The position numbers were made by a program, and so were the translations under genes. Below the pieces are notes generated by a model. It saw only the letters and a list, made by a program, of their open reading frames with translations, did no database searches and had not been told where the DNA came from. Positions 60,555 through 64,000 of a stretch of DNA of 64,000 nucleotides are shown here, piece after piece. The DNA is from Candidatus Latescibacterota bacterium (GTDB lineage Bacteria > Latescibacterota > UBA2968 > UBA8231), in contig CBDCSU010000005.1 of assembly GCA_965221775.1 (NCBI GenBank), positions 576,001 through 640,000 on the forward strand. The letters are read 5' to 3'. Positions within the stretch are counted from its first letter, which is position 1. Each line of letters starts with the position of its first letter.

Positions 60555-61646
60555 TCAGCTCTCCACGGCCCGCGCCACCGCCCGCCCCAGCTCGGCCGTG
60601 GTCATGGCGCCGCCGATGTCGGGTGTGCCCGTCCCCTCCTCGGCCAGGACGGCGGCCACGGCGGCGTCGATGCGGGCGGCGGCGGCCCGGGCCTCGTCGT
60701 CGCCGTGGCGATCTCCGAGCCAGCGCAGCATCATCGCCCCCGAGAGGATGGCGGCCACCGGGTTGGCGATCCCCTGGCCGGCGATGTCGGGCGCCGTGCC
60801 GTGAGAGGGCTGGAAGACGGCGGCCTCCTCGCCGATGTCGCCCGAGGGGGCCATGCCGAGTCCTCCCACGAGGCCGGCCCCCAGGTCGGAGAGAATGTCG
60901 CCGTACATGTTCTCGGTGACCATCACGTCCCAGCTCTCCGGCTGGCGCACGAGATAGAGGGCCATGGCGTCCACGTACGCGTGGCCGGACTCGATGTCGT
61001 GATCGGCGGCGACCTCGTCGAAGACCTGGCGGAAGAACGCCATGGAGCGGAAGACGTTCGCCTTGTCCACGAGGGTCACCTGCGCCGGCCGCTCCCCCCG
61101 CCGCCCCTCGAGACGCTCGGCGCGCCGCTGCAGGGCCAGGCCGAAGGCATAGCGCGAGATGCGCTCGGAGCCGGAGCGGGTGATCACCATGGTGTCCACG
61201 GCGGTTTCCTCGCGCAGCCGCACGCCGCCGTTCATGGAGGCGAAGAGGCCCTCCACGTTCTCCCGGAGGATGACGAAGTCGATGTCGCCGGCGCCGTAGC
61301 CCTTCAGCGGGCAGTGGTGGGCGGCATGGAGGTAGATCGGCCGCACGCCGGCGTAGAGGTCGAGGAGGATGCGCAGGTCGATCTGGGGCCGCATCTCGGT
61401 GCCGTCGGGCCAGCGCACGTCGGGCAGTCCCATGGCGCCGAGGAGGACGGCGTCGGCCCGGCGGCAGGCCTCCACCGTGGACTCCGGGAGAGGGTCCCCC
61501 TGGTCCAGGTAGCAGCCGGCGCCGCAGGGATGCTCCGCGTACCTCAGCACCGGTCCTCCGGCCGCGTCGAGGACGCGCCGCGCCTCGGCCACCACCTCCG
61601 GGGCGATGCCGTCCCCCGGCAGGACGGCGATGTCGTAGGCGGCCAC
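60555..61646 (-). CDS. Isocitrate/isopropylmalate-family beta-decarboxylating dehydrogenase
   Basis: [43 protein letters not shown]. Confidence 0.9.
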   Translation of the reverse strand: MAAYDIAVLPGDGIAPEVVAEARRVLDAAGGPVLRYAEHPCGAGCYLDQGDPLPESTVEACRRADAVLLGAMGLPDVRWPDGTEMRPQIDLRILLDLYAGVRPIYLHAAHHCPLKGYGAGDIDFVILRENVEGLFASMNGGVRLREETAVDTMVITRSGSERISRYAFGLALQRRAERLEGRRGERPAQVTLVDKANVFRSMAFFRQVFDEVAADHDIESGHAYVDAMALYLVRQPESWDVMVTENMYGDILSDLGAGLVGGLGMAPSGDIGEEAAVFQPSHGTAPDIAGQGIANPVAAILSGAMMLRWLGDRHGDDEARAAAARIDAAVAAVLAEEGTGTPDIGGAMTTAELGRAVARAVES

Positions 61647-61647
61647 C

Positions 61648-62913
61648 TCAGCTCCAGAGCCGGTCGCTGGAGGTCTCGGAGTCCCAGCCGTCGCTGGGCC
61701 CGAAGGGCTCCCCCGCTTCCGGGTCGGCGAACTCGCGCTGCACCTCCTCGTTCAGCCCCTCGAAGCCGAGGCCCGGCGTCTCGGGCACGGCGATGTGGCC
61801 GTCCTCGATGAGAGGCACGGGCAGTCCCGTCACCAGGCTGCTCCAGCGCTCCAGGTCGTCCACCGAGTGGTTCTCCAACACGAGGAAGTTCTCCGTCGCC
61901 GCCGCCGCGTGCACCGAGGCCATGGCCGCCACCGGGCTCATGGCCATGTGCAGGGCCATGGCGATGCCTGCCTCCTGGGCGGCGTCGCCGATCTTCTTGG
62001 TCTCCAGGATGCCGCCGGCCGAGGCCAGGTCCGGGTGGGCCACGGCGATGGCGCGCCGCCCGAAGAGGTCGGCGAAGCCCTCCTTCAGATAGATGTCCTC
62101 GCCGGTGCAGACCGGCGTCTCCACCGACTCCGAGAGCCGCTGGTACTGATCGGCGAGCTGCCAGGGGATCATGTCCTCGTACCAGGCTAGGCTGAACTGA
62201 TCCAGGGCGCGGCCCAGGCGGATGCACGACTCCAGGCCGAGGTGGCCGAAGTGGTCGGCCGCCAGCGGCACCTCGTAGCCGATCTCGCCGCGCACGGCGG
62301 CGACGTACTCGCACAACAGGCCGATCCCCCGCTCGGTGATCTGGATGCCGGTGAAGGGGTGCATGACGGTGGACGACTCCAGCATCCCCGGCGGCGCGAT
62401 GACGCAGTCGGGCCGCCCCCGCAATACGCCCAGGCCGATGTCCATCTTGAGGAAGGCGAAGCCCTCTTCCATGCGCTGCCGCAGGCGGCGGCCCATCTCG
62501 CGGCCGTCGTCGACGGTAGGGGTGTCGCAGTAGCACAGGACCCGGTGGCGGAAGCGGCCCCCCGCCAGCTGGTACGCGGGGACGCCGTACGCCCGCCCCG
62601 CCAGATCCATGAGGGCCATCTCCACGGCGCAGACACCGCCGGCCTGGCGGGCGTGGTGGCCGAACTGCTTGATCCGCCGGAAGAGGCGGTCCACGTCGCA
62701 GGGGTTCTGGCCGAGGAGGCGGCTCTTCAGCATGAGGGCGTACGTGGGGCTGCCGCCGTCGCGGACCTCGCCGTACCCGCAGATCCCCTGGTCGGTGTCG
62801 ATGCGGATGAGAGTGGAGTGGAAGGGGGTTCCCCGGAGACGGGCGACGCGGAGGTCGGTGATCTTCAGGCTCGACGGACGGGAGGCGGTGCGGACGTTGG
62901 CTTCCGGGCTCAC
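61648..62913 (-). CDS. Mandelate racemase/muconate-lactonizing enolase-superfamily protein
   Basis: IDTDQG..GYGE, EMALMDL.G, LKMD, metal ligands in DHFG / WYED / TGED, ENH; GTG with AGGAG RBS. Confidence 0.9.
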   Translation of the reverse strand: MSPEANVRTASRPSSLKITDLRVARLRGTPFHSTLIRIDTDQGICGYGEVRDGGSPTYALMLKSRLLGQNPCDVDRLFRRIKQFGHHARQAGGVCAVEMALMDLAGRAYGVPAYQLAGGRFRHRVLCYCDTPTVDDGREMGRRLRQRMEEGFAFLKMDIGLGVLRGRPDCVIAPPGMLESSTVMHPFTGIQITERGIGLLCEYVAAVRGEIGYEVPLAADHFGHLGLESCIRLGRALDQFSLAWYEDMIPWQLADQYQRLSESVETPVCTGEDIYLKEGFADLFGRRAIAVAHPDLASAGGILETKKIGDAAQEAGIAMALHMAMSPVAAMASVHAAAATENFLVLENHSVDDLERWSSLVTGLPVPLIEDGHIAVPETPGLGFEGLNEEVQREFADPEAGEPFGPSDGWDSETSSDRLWS

Positions 62914-62970
62914 GCCGGTCTCCTGGAGGTCGGTGGGACGAGGCTGGGTGGGTGACGCTCGAAGCGGGAT

Positions 62971-62999
62971 AGGGTAGCCGTGGTGCGGGGTGGGCGCAA
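62971..62999 (-). promoter_or_regulatory. Putative sigma70 promoter of the enolase operon
   Basis: Minus strand TTGCGC-17 nt-TACCCT. Confidence 0.45.
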
Positions 63000-63122
63000 C
63001 GGGGGTGAGAACGAGCACTTGCCGCTCGCCGCAATGCGCAATTCTCCATCCACCGCTATCTTTTCCTGCGCCTGCCTCCCCTCCCGCCGCGACGCGACCC
63101 GCATCCCAGCTGAGCCTATGAC

Positions 63123-64000
63123 ATGAGTTACGTCTGGACGCCGATCGAAGACTACGAGTCGCACGATGCTCTTGCCCACAGGGAGCTCGGCGCTCTGGCC
63201 GAGGTTTGGCGTGAACGGCGCGAACAACTGACCACGCAGCAGGAGTACCGTGACTTCGAGGGCCGACTGAAACGGGAGTGGGCCATCGAGACGGGCCTGA
63301 TCGAGCGTCTCTACACCCTCGACCGCGGCATCACTCAACTGCTCATCGAGCACGGCATACAGGCGGCGGTGATCCCCCACGGAAGCGTTGCGAACCCGGA
63401 AGCCACGGTGGCCATGATCGAGGATCACGAAGCGGCGGTGGAAGGTGTGTTCCAGTTCGTGAAAGACGAGCGATCCCTGTCCACAAGCTACATCAAGGAA
63501 CTCCACGCGCTGATGACGCGGCATCAGCAAACCGTGGAAGGCGTCGACTCCCATGGCAGAAGGACAGAGACCCCTCTCATCCGCGGCGATTACAAGCGGC
63601 TGCCGAACAATCCCAGTCGGCCGGACGGCTCGGTCCATGAGTATTGCCCACCCGAGCAGGTCACTGCCGAGATGGACCGGCTCATCGCCATGCACGAGAC
63701 CCACGCCGGCGCCGCTCCCGAGGTGGAGGCCGCCTGGCTGCACCACCGTTTCACCCAGATACATCCCTTCCAGGACGGCAACGGACGCATTGCCCGCGCC
63801 ATCGCGACGCTGGTATTCATCAAGGGAGGTTGGTTCCCTCTCGTAGTCAGGGACCGGGAACGGGCCCGCTACATCGAAGCGCTGGAACAGGCCGATGGCG
63901 GCGACCTGAAACCACTCGTGGACTACTTCGCGCGCCTGCAGAAGGACGAGTTCGTCCGGGCCCTCAGCATTGCCGAAGACGTTCAAAGGTCCCGCCGGGC
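63123..64000 (+). CDS. Fic-domain protein (AMPylase family), truncated by the window end
   Basis: Not in the ORF track. Manual translation MSYVWTPIED...REWAIETGLIE... with an in-frame HPFQDGNGRIAR at 63762. Confidence 0.9.
   Translation, partial: MSYVWTPIEDYESHDALAHRELGALAEVWRERREQLTTQQEYRDFEGRLKREWAIETGLIERLYTLDRGITQLLIEHGIQAAVIPHGSVANPEATVAMIEDHEAAVEGVFQFVKDERSLSTSYIKELHALMTRHQQTVEGVDSHGRRTETPLIRGDYKRLPNNPSRPDGSVHEYCPPEQVTAEMDRLIAMHETHAGAAPEVEAAWLHHRFTQIHPFQDGNGRIARAIATLVFIKGGWFPLVVRDRERARYIEALEQADGGDLKPLVDYFARLQKDEFVRALSIAEDVQRSRR

Noticed and set aside
62910-63986. 358-aa minus-strand ORF
   Set aside because: Antisense shadow of the Fic gene, whose motif is on the plus strand.

Overview
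A very GC-rich (roughly 70%) chromosomal segment from a diderm bacterium. The c-subunit type, lpt genes, DUF4159 and the PhyH/enolase cluster suggest an FCB-related lineage such as Latescibacterota or Gemmatimonadota (inference only). It is mostly housekeeping. Left end: lptB(partial)-lptC/A-like-pyrG-gatC, DUF2203, smc, an atypical PRTase-rmlC-SEC-C group, an ECF sigma factor and an M42 peptidase. Centre: a ~26 kb co-directional bioenergetic super-cluster on the minus strand, nqrABCDEF-nqrM, nuoA-CD-E-F-G-H-J-K-L-M-N, atpZ-I-B-E-F-H-A-G-D-C and a prenyl synthase. Right half: a fabF-bioB-A-F-D operon, an Ala/Gly:Na+ symporter, DUF4159, aceE-aceF-lpdA, a frameshifted TPR-Slt, a catabolic/repair operon (enolase, beta-decarboxylating dehydrogenase, PhyH, two DmpA paralogues, mutY, dedA) and a truncated Fic gene. 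The most striking item is the complex I (nuo) operon. All 11 ORFs are intact and tightly packed, but nuoB and nuoI are cleanly absent. The quinone-site residues, the FMN/NADH motifs and nearly all proton-pumping residues are lost, while the Fe-S cysteines of NuoE/F/G are kept. It is either a repurposed or a decaying complex I sitting behind a complete Na+-NQR. The second highlight is a FabF-type condensing enzyme heading the biotin operon where bioC/bioH/bioW/bioZ would be expected. No rRNA, tRNA, CRISPR array or transposase was recognised. All motif comparisons are by eye against remembered family consensus.
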